DNA of 64,000 nt from Macrostomum lignano (taxonomy: Eukaryota): positions 186,001-250,000 of the forward strand of contig NIVC01001069.1 of assembly GCA_002269645.1 (NCBI GenBank). Direction: 5' to 3'. Both the position numbers and the translations under genes were made by a program. This document shows, piece by piece, positions 35,951 through 48,433 of this stretch (position 1 is its first letter; the number at the start of each line of letters is the position of its first letter). The notes below the pieces were generated by a model, which saw nothing but the letters and a program-made list of their open reading frames with translations, was not told the origin of the DNA and did not search any database.

Positions 35951-36384
35951 CTGTTCGAGGTTATTATGATTTATGATCAGGTATTGTTTGCGTTTGGAGT
36001 TTCCAGCATTGCATTTTTAGCTCAGGTTTTGCTCCAGAGACTTTTTTGGCGAAATCCTGACACATTTTACAGGGCAATTCTGGCTAAACCCCATCGGGGC
36101 TGGCCGCCAGTGCTGGACTGTCAGGCGTGGGGTGGAAGGTCCGCTGGCCACGGACACGAAAGCTGGAATTACGGCCCCTCTGCTAGGGTTGACCCTGGTG
36201 GACCTGGTGGCAGGCTCGCCGACATGCCCTCTGCACACTCACGCGGCGACGCGGTGGTGCAAGGCCCCTGTTCTGTGGTGAGCGGGACATTGACAGCTGG
36301 CTGTGCCATGTTGCAGTCAGACCGTTCCCATAGGCCCAATGACCAGGTGACCCAGTTGGGCCGTCAACAACAATCAGGGCCATG

Positions 36385-37435
36385 CTGACACATTTTTAGC
36401 TTCATACTGACACCTTTTCAGCGCCATCCTGACACATTTTTAGCTTCATACTGACACCTTTTCAGCGCCATCCTGACACATTTTTAGCTTCATACTGACA
36501 CCTTTTCAGCGCCATCCTGACACATTTTTAGCTTCATACTGACACCTTTTCAGCGCCATCCTGACACATTTTTAGCTTCATACTGACACATTTTTAGCTT
36601 CATACTGACACATTTTTAGCTTCATACTGACACCTTTTCAGCGCCATCCTGACACCCTTTTCAGCGCCATCCTGACACTTTTTAGCGCCATTCTGATACC
36701 TTTTTTAATGCCATACTGACACTTTTTCAGGGCCAGGTTGACACATTTCTCAGCTTCATTCTGACACATTTCTCAGCTTCATCCTGACACATCTCTCAGC
36801 TTCATTCTGACACCTTTTTTAGCTTCATTCTGACACATTTCTCAGCTTCATCCTGACAAATCTCTCAGCTTCATTCTGACACCTTTTTAGCTTCATTCTG
36901 ACACATTTCTCAGCTTCATCCTGACAAATCTCTCAGCTTCATTCTGACACCTTTTTAGCTTCATCCTGACACATTTCTCAGCTTCATTCTGACACATTTT
37001 TAGCTTCAATCTGACACATTTCTCAGCTTCAATCTGACACATTTCTCAGCTTCATTCTGACACATTTCTCAGCTTCAATCTGACACATTTCTCAGCTTCA
37101 TTCTGACACATTTCTCAGCTTCGTCCTGACACTTTTCTCAGCTTCATCCTGACACATTTCTCAGCTTCATCCTGACACATTTCTCAGCTTCATCCTGACA
37201 CATTTCTGAGCTTCATTCTGACACTTTTCTCAGCTTCATCCTGACACATTTCTCAGCTTCATCCTGACACATTTCTCAGCTTCATCCTGACACATTTCTG
37301 AGCTTCATTCTGACACTTTTCTCAGCTTCATTCTGACACATTTCTGAGCTTCATTCTGACACATTTTTAGCTTCATTCTGACACTTTTCTCAGCTTCATT
37401 CTGACACCTTTTTTAGCTTTATTCTGACATCTTTT
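36385..37435. repeat. 23-bp minisatellite (TTCTGACACATTTCTCAGCTTCA)n, NuMA intron 6
   Basis: Tandem unit read directly. Confidence 0.92.
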
Positions 37436-37521
37436 AGCGCCTTGTTGGCACATTTTCAGCACCACCCTGTGACACCCTAATACGAGTGTAAAAGCAATCC
37501 TCCAATTGTAAATCAGCTCAC

Positions 37522-37914
37522 TTTGACGATCTCAGCGTCAACCCTCGCCTTCTCCTCCGTCGCGGTGTCCAGCAGGGCCTCCCGCTCAGCCAGGCGTTTG
37601 TCCTTCTCGGACAGGCTGTCACGCATCAGGCGCAGCTCCTCCTGGAGATCTTTGCATCGGCGCTCGAGATTTTCGGCCAGCCGGCGAGAGTCCAACAGTT
37701 CGGCGCTGGGTTCGGGTTCGGATTCGACGGCGGCGGCTGCCGTAGCGGCTGCGGTAGCGGCATCGGCTTCCAGTTGACAGATTCGCTCTTTGGCATTGTC
37801 GAGTTCGCATTGGATGTTGGTGAGCTCGCCTTCGAGTCGGAGTTGAGTGTCCGCGGCGATCACCTGCTGGGCTTCCAGCTGCTCGTGCAGGTCCGCAACT
37901 TTGCGTTGATTGGC
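37522..37914 (-). CDS. NUMA1: NuMA orthologue exon 6 (coiled coil)
   Basis: Acceptor ccccag| 37915, donor GTGAGC 37521, phase 0/0. Confidence 0.85.
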
Positions 37915-37979
37915 CTGGGGATGTTGGAGATTTTGTTGAGTTGAGTTGTGGGACTATGAGTGCTTTGAATATTCTGAGC

Positions 37980-38445
37980 TGCACAATGGGGATATTCCAA
38001 ACTACACAATGGGATATTCCAAGCTACACAATGGTATATTCCAAGCTACACAATGGGATATTCCAAGCTACACAATGGGATATCCCAAGCTACACAATGG
38101 GATATCCCAAGCTACACAATGGGATATTCCAAGCTACACAATGGGATATTCCAAGCTACACAATGGGATATTTCAAGCTACACAATGGGATATCCCAAGC
38201 TACACAATGGGATATTCCAAGCTACACAATGGGATATTCTAAGCTACACAATGGGATATTCCAAGCTACACAATGGGATATTCCAAGCTACACAATGGGA
38301 TATTCCAAGCTACACAATGAGATATTTCAAGCTACACAATGGGATATTCCAAACTACACAATGGGATATTCCAAGCTACACAATGGGATATTCCAAACTA
38401 CACAATGGGATATTCCAAGCTACACAATGGGATATTTCAAGCTAC
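37980..38445. repeat. 22-bp minisatellite (TATTCCAAGCTACACAATGGGA)n, NuMA intron 5
   Basis: Tandem unit read directly; abuts the donor at 38453. Confidence 0.95.
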
Positions 38446-38453
38446 AAGCTCAC

Positions 38454-38933
38454 CTTCACCGCAGCATCGTACGCAGCCTTCAAGTCGGCCAGTTCAGCCA
38501 GAGCCTGATCTCTGGCAGCGCGCAGTCCTTCAGCGAATTGGCGCTTCTCATTTAGCGCCGATTCGAATTCGGCGCGCGCTTCAGCTTGGCGCCGGTCGGC
38601 GTCCTCCATAGCGGCGGCGCAGCGCTCCCTGGTGTCGTGCGCCTCCTGACTGCCGGCTTGCCGGGCCAATTGAAGCTCTTCAACAGTGTGCGCCAGCTCG
38701 GCGGCCAGCTGATCCCGATCCTGCTCAAGGCAACGCTTCACTTCGTCTAGTTCGCGTTCTCGAGTTTCGAAGTTTTTGCGCGAATTAGCCAGCTCTGCTT
38801 TGACCGACGCTAGGGCCGTTTTGTGCTCCTCAGCCTGCATAAGCAGCTCGGTTTGTAGCTCTTTCACTCGTTCGTTGGCGCTGTCCAACTGCGATTCCAC
38901 GAACTTGTAGGCCTCTTGCATTTGTTCAATGAG
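38454..38933 (-). CDS. NUMA1: NuMA orthologue exon 5 (coiled coil)
   Basis: Acceptor ttgcag| 38934, donor GTGAGC 38453, phase 0/0. Confidence 0.85.
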
Positions 38934-39049
38934 CTGCAAGCGTGTGTTGTGTATGGCTTAGTGACGTATGAGCCACACTTGCCGGGTGACATGTTGGCGG
39001 CAGATAAAGTGGGATTTGCATCGAAGGAAGGAAGGGGAAACATTGTGAA

Positions 39050-42000
39050 GGGAGATTGTGAAGGGAGGGAGAAGGTGATAAAGAGAGGGAGATAAAAGCG
39101 AGGGTAAAGATGGTGATGCGAGGGGAAAGATGATGGAAGGGAGGGGAAAGATAATGGAAGGAGGAAGATGATAGTAGGGGAAGAAGATCAACGGAGAAGA
39201 AAGATGGTAAAGGGAGGGGAAAGATGGTAAAGGGAGGGGAATGATGGTAAAGGGAGGGGAAAGATGGTAAAGGGAGGGGAAAGATGGTAAAGGGAGGGGA
39301 AATATGGTAAAGGGAGGGGAAATATGGTAAAGGGAGGGGACAGATGGTAAAGTTAGGGGAAAGATGGTAAAGGGAGGGGACAGATGGTAAAGGGAGGGGA
39401 AAGATGGTAAAGGGAAGGGGAAAGATGGTAAAGGGAGTGGAAAGATGGTAAAGGGAGGGGAAAGACGGTAAAGGGAGGGGAAAGACGGTAAAGGGAGGGG
39501 AAAGATGGTAAAGGGAGGGGAAAGATGGTAAAGGGAGGGGAAAGATGGTAAAGGGAGGGGAAAGACGGTAAAGGGAGGGGAAAGATGGTAAAGGGAGGGG
39601 AAAGATGGTAAAGGGAGGGGAAAGACGGTAAAGGGAGGGGAAAGACGGTAAAGGGAGGGGAAAGATGGTAAAGGGAGGGGAAAGATGGTAAAGGGAGGGG
39701 AAAGACGGTAAAGGGAGGGGAAAGATGGTACAGAGCGTGGAAAGATGGTAAAGGGAGGGGAAAGACGGTAAAGGGAGGGGAAAGACGGTAAAGGGAGGGG
39801 AAATATGGTAAAGGGAGGGGACAGATGGTAAAGTTAGAGGAAAGATGGTAAAGGGAGGGGAAAGATTGTTAAGGGGAGGGGAAAGATGGTAAAGGGAGGG
39901 GAAAGATGGTAAAGGGAGGGGAAAGATGGTAAAGGGAGGGGAATGATGGTAAAGGGAGGGGAAAGATGGTAAAGGGAGGGGACAGATGGTAAAGTTAGAG
40001 GAAAGATGGTAAAGGGAGGGGAAAGATTGTTAAGGGGAGGGGAAAGATGGTAAAGGGAGGGGAAAGATGGTAAAGGGAGGGGAAAGATTGTTAAGGGGAG
40101 GGGAAAGATGGTAAAGGGAGGGGAAAGATGGTAAAGGGAGGGGAAAGATGGTAAAGGGAGGGGAATGATGGTAAAGGGAGGGGAAAGATGGTAAAGGGAG
40201 GGACAGATGGTAAAGTTAGAGGAAAGATGGTAAAGGGAGGGGAAAGATTGTTAAGGGGAGGGGAAAGATGGTAAAGGGAGGGGAAATATGGTAAAGGGAG
40301 GGGAAAGATGGTAAAGGGAGGGGAAAGATGGTAAAGGGAGGGGAAAGATGGTAAAGGGAGGGGACGGATGGTAAAGTTAGGGGAAATATGGTAAAGGGAG
40401 GGGACAGATGGTAAAGGGAGGGGAAAGATGGTAAAGGGAGTGGAAAGATGGTAAAGGGAGTGGAAAGATGGTAAAGGGAGGGGAAAGACGGTAAAGGGAG
40501 GGGAAAGACGGTAAAGGGAGGTAAAAGATGGTAAAGGGAGGGGAAAGATGGTAAAGGGAGGGGAAAGATGGTAAAGGGAGGGGAAAGATGGTAAAGGGAG
40601 GGGAAAGATGGTAAAGGGAGGGGACGGATGGTAAAGGGAGGGGAAAGATGGTAAAGGGAAGGGGAAATATGGTAAAGGGAGGGGAAATATGGTAAAGGGA
40701 GGGGACAGATGGTAAAGTTAGGGGAAAGATGGTAAAGGGAGGGGACAGATGGTAAAGGGAGGGGAAAGATGGTAAAGGGAAGGGGAAAGATGGTAAAGGG
40801 AGTGGAAAGATGGTAAAGGGAGGGGAAAGACGGTAAAGGGAGGGGAAAGACGGTAAAGGGAGGGGAAAGATGGTAAAGGGAGGGGAAAGATGGTAAAGGG
40901 AGGGGAAAGATGGTAAAGGGAGGGGAAAGACGGTAAAGGGAGGGGAAAGATGGTAAAGGGAGGGGAAAGATGGTAAAGGGAGGGGAAAGACGGTAAAGGG
41001 AGGGGAAAGACGGTAAAGGGAGGGGAAAGATGGTAAAGGGAGGGGAAAGATGGTAAAGGGAGGGGAAAGACGGTAAAGGGAGGGGAAAGATGGTACAGGG
41101 AGTGGAAAGATGGTAAAGGGAGGGGAAAGACGGTAAAGGGAGGGGAAAGACGGTAAAGGGAGGGGAAATATGGTAAAGGGAGGGGACAGATGGTAAAGTT
41201 AGAGGAAAGATGGTAAAGGGAGGGGAAAGATTGTTAAGGGGAGGGGAAAGATGGTAAAGGGAGGGGAAAGATGGTAAAGGGAGGGGAAAGATGGTAAAGG
41301 GAGGGGAATGATGGTAAAGGGAGGGGAAAGATGGTAAAGGGAGGGGACAGATGGTAAAGTTAGAGGAAAGATGGTAAAGGGAGGGGAAAGATTGTTAAGG
41401 GGAGGGGAAAGATGGTAAAGGGAGGGGAAAGATGGTAAAGGGAGGGGAAAGATTGTTAAGGGAGGGGAAAGATGGTAAAGGGAGGGGAAAGATGGTAAAG
41501 GGAGGGGAAAGATGGTAAAGGGAGGGGAATGATGGTAAAGGGAGGGGAAAGATGGTAAAGGGAGGGGACAGATGGTAAAGTTAGAGGAAAGATGGTAAAG
41601 GGAGGGGAAAGATTGTTAAGGGGAGGGGAAAGATGGTAAAGGGAGGGGAAATATGGTAAAGGGAGGGGAAAGATGGTAAAGGGAGGGGAAAGATGGTAAA
41701 GGGAGGGGAAAGATGGTAAAGGGAGGGGAAAGATGGTAAAGGGAGGGGACGGATGGTAAAGTTAGGGGAAATATGGTAAAGGGAGGGGACAGATGGTAAA
41801 GGGAGGGGAAAGATGGTAAAGGGAGTGGAAAGATGGTAAAGGGAGTGGAAAGATGGTAAAGGGAGGGGAAAGACGGTAAAGGGAGGGGAAAGACGGTAAA
41901 GGGAGGTAAAAGATGGTAAAGGGAGGGGAAAGATGGTAAAGGGAGGGGAAAGATGGTAAAGGGAGGGGACAGATGGTAAAGGGAGGGGAAAGATGGTAAA

Positions 42001-42330
42001 GGGAGGGGACGGATGGTAAAGGGAGGGGACAGATGGTAAAGGGAGGGGAAAGATGGTAAAGGGAGGGGAAAGATGGTAAAGGGAGTGGAAAGATGGTAAA
42101 GGGAGGGGAAAGACGGTAAAGGGAGGGGAAAGACGGTAAAGGGAGGTAAAAGATGGTAAAGGGAGGTGAAAGATGGTAAAGGGACGGGACAGATGGTAAA
42201 GGGAGGGGAAAGATGGTAAAGGGAGGTGAAAGATGGTAAAGGGACGGGACAGATGGTAAAGGGAGGGGAAAGATGGTAAAGGGAGGGGAAAGATGGTAAA
42301 GGGAGGGGAAAGATGGTAAAGGGAGGTGAG
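39050..42330. repeat. 20-bp G-rich minisatellite (GGGAGGGGAAAGATGGTAAA)n, ~3.3 kb, NuMA intron 4
   Basis: Tandem unit read directly. Confidence 0.96.
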
Positions 42331-42398
42331 GGGAACCAATGTAAAAGTGAGCAATAGGATCAACAATCAATTCCAGCAGATCCGCAGGCGTCACTCAC

Positions 42399-43065
42399 AG
42401 TTTTAGTTCTCTCAAACTGCTTCTCCAGCCGTTCCACACTGGTAGTCCTATTTTTCATTTCGGTCAGCGCGGCATCCTTGGCGGCCGTCTCGGCCTCCAG
42501 TTTGCTGGCCAACTCCCGCAGCCTGTCAGCTTCAGCCTGCAGATCGGCAACCCGATCGTTGGCAGCGGAAGCCTCCAACTGAGCAGCGTCCAGTTGGAGC
42601 TCCTTGCTGGCCAGCTCCTTGCGCAAGTTGTTCATTGTAGACTCGATTGAGGCGACAGATTTCTTAGCGGCCGCTTCGCGATCGGCGGCTGCATTCTCGG
42701 CGGCCTGCTTGATTTTCTCTGCCTCTTCCAATGCCTCCTTGGAGGTGGCGTCGGCTTCAAGGCGAATCTGCAGCATCTCCATCCGCGCGATGCCCAAATC
42801 AGCGTCCAGCTTGTTTCGTTCCTCGCGAACTTTGGCGGCATCAGCTCTGGCTGCTTCCAGCTCCTGTTCCAAGTAGTAGATCTTCTTCTCCGTGACGCCG
42901 AACAGGGTCTCGGCCGAGTCTGGCTCGGCCGCCGCAGCCATGGCCGAATCGTCCAATCTGGAGCTCATCTCGGCCAGCTGTTGGCGCATCTCGGCGCAAC
43001 GGCGCTCGGCCGCCTCGGCCGAATCTTGGGCCTCCTTTTTGGCCTGCAACAGCCGGTTGATTTCG
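42399..43065 (-). CDS. NUMA1: NuMA orthologue exon 4 (coiled coil)
   Basis: Acceptor cccacag| 43066 (phase 2), donor GTGAGT 42398 (phase 0). Confidence 0.85.
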
Positions 43066-43084
43066 CTGTGGGGGGGGCGGCGTT

Positions 43085-44213
43085 GATTCTCATGCATACA
43101 GTGAGATTTTGTGATGATTCTCATGTATACAGTGAGATTTTGTGATGATTCTTATGCATACAGTGAGATTTTGTGATGATTCTCATGTATACAGTGAGAT
43201 TTTGTGATGATTCTCATGTATACAGTGAGATTTTGTGATGATTCTCATGTATACAGTGAGATTTTGTGATGATTCTCATGTATACAGTGAGATTTTGTGA
43301 TGATTCTTATGCATACAGTGAGATTTTGTGATGATTCTCATGTATACAGTGAGATTTTGTGATGATTCTCATGTATACAGTGAGATTTTGTGATGATTCT
43401 CATGTATACAGTGAGATTTTGTGATGATTCTCATGTATACAGTGAGATTTTGTGATGATTCTCATGCATACAGTGAGATTTTGTGATGATTCTCATGTAT
43501 ACAGTGAGATTTTGTGATGATCCTGATGCATACAGTGAGATTTTGTGATGATTCTCATGTATACAGTGAGATTTTGTGATGATTCTCATGTATACAGTGA
43601 GATTTTGTGATGATTCTCATGTATACAGTGAGATTTTGTGATGATTCTCATGTATACAGTGAGATTTTGTGATGATTCTCATGTATACAGTGAGATTTTG
43701 TGATGATTCTCATGTATACAGTGAGATTTTGTGATGATTCTCATATAAACAATAAGATTTTGTGATGATTCTCATGTATACAGTGAGATTTTGTGATGAT
43801 TCTCATGCATACAGTGAGATTTTGTGATGATTCTCATACAAACAATGAGATTTTGTGATGATTCTCATATACACAGTGAGATTTTGTGATGATCCTCATG
43901 TATACAGTGAGATTTTGTGATGATTCTCATGTATACAGTGAGATTTTGTGATGATTCTCATGTATACAGTGAGATTTTGTGATGATTCTCATGTATACAG
44001 TGAGATTTTGTGATGATTCTCATATAAACAATAAGATTTTGTGATGATTCTCATGTATACAGTGAGATTTTGTGATGATTCTCATGCATACAGTGAGATT
44101 TTGTGATGATTCTCATACAAACAATGAGATTTTGTGATGATTCTCATATACACAGTGAGATTTTGTGATGATCCTCATGTATACAGTGAGATTTTGTGAT
44201 GATTCTCATGTAT
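43085..44213. repeat. 31-bp minisatellite (CATGTATACAGTGAGATTTTGTGATGATTCT)n, NuMA intron 3
   Basis: Tandem unit read directly. Confidence 0.95.
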
Positions 44214-44260
44214 ATTCGTTGTGATTTTGATATGCCAATTAACTATAGCCGAATACTCAC

Positions 44261-44613
44261 GAATTAGCGCGCATCAACTCGTCAGTGAGGTGTCCAACGT
44301 GCTCTTCGGCTTCCCGTCGAGTACAGCTGCCCTGCCTGTTGGCCTGCAGTCGTTCCAGCGTCGCTTTCATCGCCTCCCGTTCGTGCATCAGCCTGTCGAA
44401 CTCCTGCTCCAGGTAGCTGTACCGATCGGCATACCGGCTCATCTCTTGTAGCGACTCGGTCACGTGACCCAGCTGCTCGGCCTGCTCAGCTAATCGACGA
44501 TTTTCCTCTCGCAGCTCGGCCAGTTCGTTTGATTGGTGGCCGAGCTCGGACCGGCTGCGGCGGAGACGGTCTTCCAGATCGGAGCAGTCGCGCTCCCGTC
44601 TGGCCAGCTGGTT
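44261..44613 (-). CDS. NUMA1: NuMA orthologue exon 3
   Basis: Acceptor atcgcag| 44614 (phase 0), donor GTGAGT 44260 (phase 2). Confidence 0.85.
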
Positions 44614-44927
44614 CTGCGATGCGCATGAGAATGAATAAAAATACCAACGCAAAGGTAATTCTGCCGATTCTGTTTGACTTCTGAGCACATTACATGCGCG
44701 CCAATGCTGTACTCATAGAAACGCTCAGAGCTGGTGAAGGGAGGGGAAAGATGATAAAGAGGGGTAAAGATTATGAAGGGAGAAAGATGATTAAGGGAGG
44801 GAAAGATTATTAAGGTAGAGAAAGATTGTGAAGGCAGGGGAAAGATACTGAAGGGAGGATAGGATAATGATGATGAAGGGAGGGGAAGATTGTGAAGAGA
44901 GGTGAAAGATGATGAAGTAAGCACAGC

Positions 44928-45040
44928 GGTGTACAGCTCACACAGGGTGTACAGCTCACACAGGGTGTACAGCTCACACTGGGTGTACAGCTCACACAGG
45001 GTGTACAGGTCACACAGGGTGTACAGCTCACACAGGGTGT
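44928..45040. repeat. 18-bp minisatellite (GGGTGTACAGCTCACACA)n, NuMA intron 2
   Basis: About 6 copies, preceded by GA-rich DNA. Confidence 0.88.
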
Positions 45041-45107
45041 AGAGCGACCCTTTGACTTTTTATTCAGGGTGCCCACATGGGTTGTAGAAACATTAATAAC
45101 AACAAAC

Positions 45108-45680
45108 CTGAGCATCAAGCAGCTGCTGCTCGAGCATGTCCTTCATAGTCATCTCCGACTGCAGCCGATGATTCAATTGTTGAATCGCCTCCGACTCGGC
45201 AGTCGATGCCGTCCATGTCGCCGCCGCGGAAGTTGACATAGACACCGAGCCAGCTACCGAGTTTCTCTGTCGACAGCGTCGGCGAACCAGAGGCGAAGCG
45301 GCCAGGTGCAGCTTCAGCGGTGAGCAGGTAGCGGCAGTGGCAGCGTCCAGAGACCCGCCAGTTGAACCAGCGGCAGCAGCGGCGGCCGCAGCGGCGGAAG
45401 CAGCCGACGGGAACAGCACCCGAGCCAGTTGAGGACTAGCCGAAGACTTCTCCGCTGCTGCACCAGGATGATCTTCATCGTCAGCGGTAGAATCCGTGTG
45501 CAAAGCTCGAAGCTGATCCAGGCTTAGGCAGCCGTCCTCGGTGTCTAACAGCTGTCGGGTTAGCGACATCACAGTGCGCTGACTGGCTGCGCCAAGGCGG
45601 TCGGCCGCGGCGGCCACGCGAGCCTGCGAGCTGCCTGTCTGCAGCCAGGCGCCCAGCAACAGCAGGCAGAGGCGCAGGGC
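45108..45680 (-). CDS. NUMA1: NuMA orthologue exon 2 (end of CH/Hook-like domain, start of coil)
   Basis: ALRLCLLLL...QLLDTEDGCLSL...SPLK...IQQLNHRLQSEMTMKDMLEQQL parallels NuMA VLDHEDGLNL...SPMG...RRLKKQLADERSNRDELE; acceptor cacgcag| 45681, donor GTTTGT 45107. Confidence 0.85.
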
Positions 45681-45711
45681 CTGCGTGCATATTTAATCCG
45701 TTAGTTCTGAA

Positions 45712-48030
45712 CTAACTGACTCCCACTGACTCACTAGGAATCCCACTGACTCACTCACTGGGAATCCCACTGATTCACTCACTAGGAATCCCACTGATTC
45801 ACTAGGAATCCCACTGACTCATTCACTGGGAATCTCACGTGATTCACTAATAATCCCACTGACTCATTCACTGGGAATCTCACGTGATTCACTAATAATC
45901 CCACTGACTCATTCACTGGGAATCCCACTGATTCACTAGTAATCCCACTGACTCATTCACTGGGAATCCCACTGATTCACTAGGAATCCCACTGACTCAT
46001 TCACTGGGAATCTCACTGATTCACTAGTAATCCCACTGACTCTCTCACTAGTAATCCCACTGATTCACTAGGAATCCCACTGACTCATTCACTAATAATC
46101 CCACTGACTCATTCACTGGGAATCCCACTGATTCACTAGTAATCCCACTGACTCATTCACTGGGAATCCCACTGATTCACTAGGAATCCCACTGACTCAT
46201 TCACTGGGAATCCCACTGATTCACTAGTAATCCCACTGACTCATTCACTGGGAATCCCACTGACTCACTAGGAATCCCACTGACTCATTCACTGGGAATC
46301 CCACTGATTCACTAATAATCCCACTGACTCATTCACTGGGAATCCCACTGATTCACTAATAATCCCACTGACTCATTCACTGGGAATCCCACTGATTCAC
46401 TAGTAATCCCACTGACTCATTCACTGGGAATCCCACTGATTCACTAGTAATCCCACTGACTCATTCACTGGGAATCCCACTGATTCACTAGTAATCCCAC
46501 TGACTCTCTCACTAGTAATCTCACTGATTCACTAGGAATCCCACTGACTCATTCACTGGGAATCTCACTGATTCACTAGTAATCCCACTGACTCATTCAC
46601 TGGGAATCTCACTGATTCACTAGGAATCCCACTGACTCATTCACTGGGAATCCCACTGATTCACTAGGAATCCCACTGACTCATTCACTGGGAATCTCAC
46701 TGATTCACTAGGAATCCCACTGACTCATTCACTGGGAATCTCACTGATTCACTAGGAATCCCACTGACTCATTCACTGGGAATCTCACTGATTCACTAGG
46801 AATCCCACTGACTCATTCACTGGGAATCCCACTGATTCACTAGGAATCCCACTGACTCATTCACTGGGAATCTCACTGATTCACTAGTAATCCCACTGAC
46901 TCTCTCACTAGTAATCCCACTGATTCACTAGGAATCCCACTGACTCATTCACTGGGAATCCCACTGATTCACTAGGAATCCCACTGACTCATTCACTGGG
47001 AATCTCACTGATTCACTAGTAATCCCACTGACTCTCTCACTAGTAATCCCACTGATTCACTAGGAATCCCACTGATTCACTAGTAATCCCACTGACTCAT
47101 TCACTAATAATCCCACTGACTCATTCACTGGGAATCCCACTGATTCACTAGGAATCCCACTGACTCATTCACTGGGAATCTCACTGATTCACTAGTAATC
47201 CCACTGACTCTCTCACTAGTAATCCCACTGATTCACTAGGAATCCCACTGATTCACTAGTAATCCCACTGACTCATTCACTAATAATCCCACTGACTCAT
47301 TCACTGGGAATCCCACTGATTCACTAGGAATCCCACTGACTCATTCACTGGGAATCTCACTGATTCACTAGTAATCCCACTGACTCTCTCACTAGTAATC
47401 CCACTGATTCACTAGGAATCCCACTGATTCACTAGTAATCCCACTGACTCATTCACTAATAATCCCACTGACTCATTCACTGGGAATCCCACTGATTCAC
47501 TAGTAATCCCACTGACTCATTCACTGGGAATCCCACTGATTCACTAATAATCCCACTGACTCATTCACTGGGAATCCCACTGATTCACTAGTAATCCCAC
47601 TGACTCATTCACTGGGAATCCCACTGATTCACTAATAATCCCACTGACTCATTCACTGGGAATCCCACTGATTCACTAATAATCCCACTGACTCATTCAC
47701 TGGGAATCCCACTGATTCACTAGTAATCCCACTGACTCATTCACTGGGAATCCCACTGATTCACTAGTAATCCCACTGACTCATTCACTGGGAATCCCAC
47801 TGATTCACTAGTAATCCCACTGACTCATTCACTGGGAATCCCACTGATTCACTAGTAATCCCACTGACTCATTCACTGGGAATCCCACTGATTCACTAGT
47901 AATCCCACTGACTCATTCACTGGGAATCCCACTGATTCACTAGTAATCCCACTGACTCATTCACTGGGAATCCCACTGATTCACTAGGAATCCCACTGAC
48001 TCATTTACTGGGAATCCCACTGATTCACTC
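45712..48030. repeat. Composite 44-bp minisatellite (AATCCCACTGACTCATTCACTGGG + AATCCCACTGATTCACTAGT)n, NuMA intron 1
   Basis: Alternating 24- and 20-bp subunits read directly. Confidence 0.93.
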
Positions 48031-48091
48031 ATTAGGAATCCCATGGGGCCCACTGACCAAAATAAGCTAAACAGATCCCATAAAATCTTAC

Positions 48092-48433
48092 CTGTAATTC
48101 GAATCCAGAATCCTGAGCCATCAGGCACTCCCAATTAACCAGTTCAACAATTCGAACCCGATAGAACGCGTCCAGGAACTCTTCGATAGCCGCAAATCGA
48201 GCCATTGGCGTATCGATTGCAGCCGTTTGGGGCGCCGGAGCCGCGCAACAGCCGAGACTGACGCAGAGGTCGCGCAATAAGCGACCATCGGCCAAGTCTG
48301 ACTCTGTTGGCGGTCTGTTGCCCTTGCCAGCGGAGGGAGAAACAGTGCCGGATAATAGCTGGCCAATCCAGGCCAACAGGCAGGACCGCCTAGCGGGGTC
48401 TACTGGGGCGGTGGTGTCCTCGTCCTGAAGCAT
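48092..48433 (-). CDS. NUMA1: NuMA orthologue exon 1 (CH/Hook-like N-terminus); start either ATG 48433 inside the repeat or acceptor cttcag| at 48425
   Basis: CLLAWIGQL...DLADGRLL...RFAAIEEFL resembles NuMA ALLSWVNSL...QLQDCSIF...RLDFVCSFL; donor GTAAGA 48091; nine exons total 4461 nt = 1486 aa plus stop. Confidence 0.8.
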
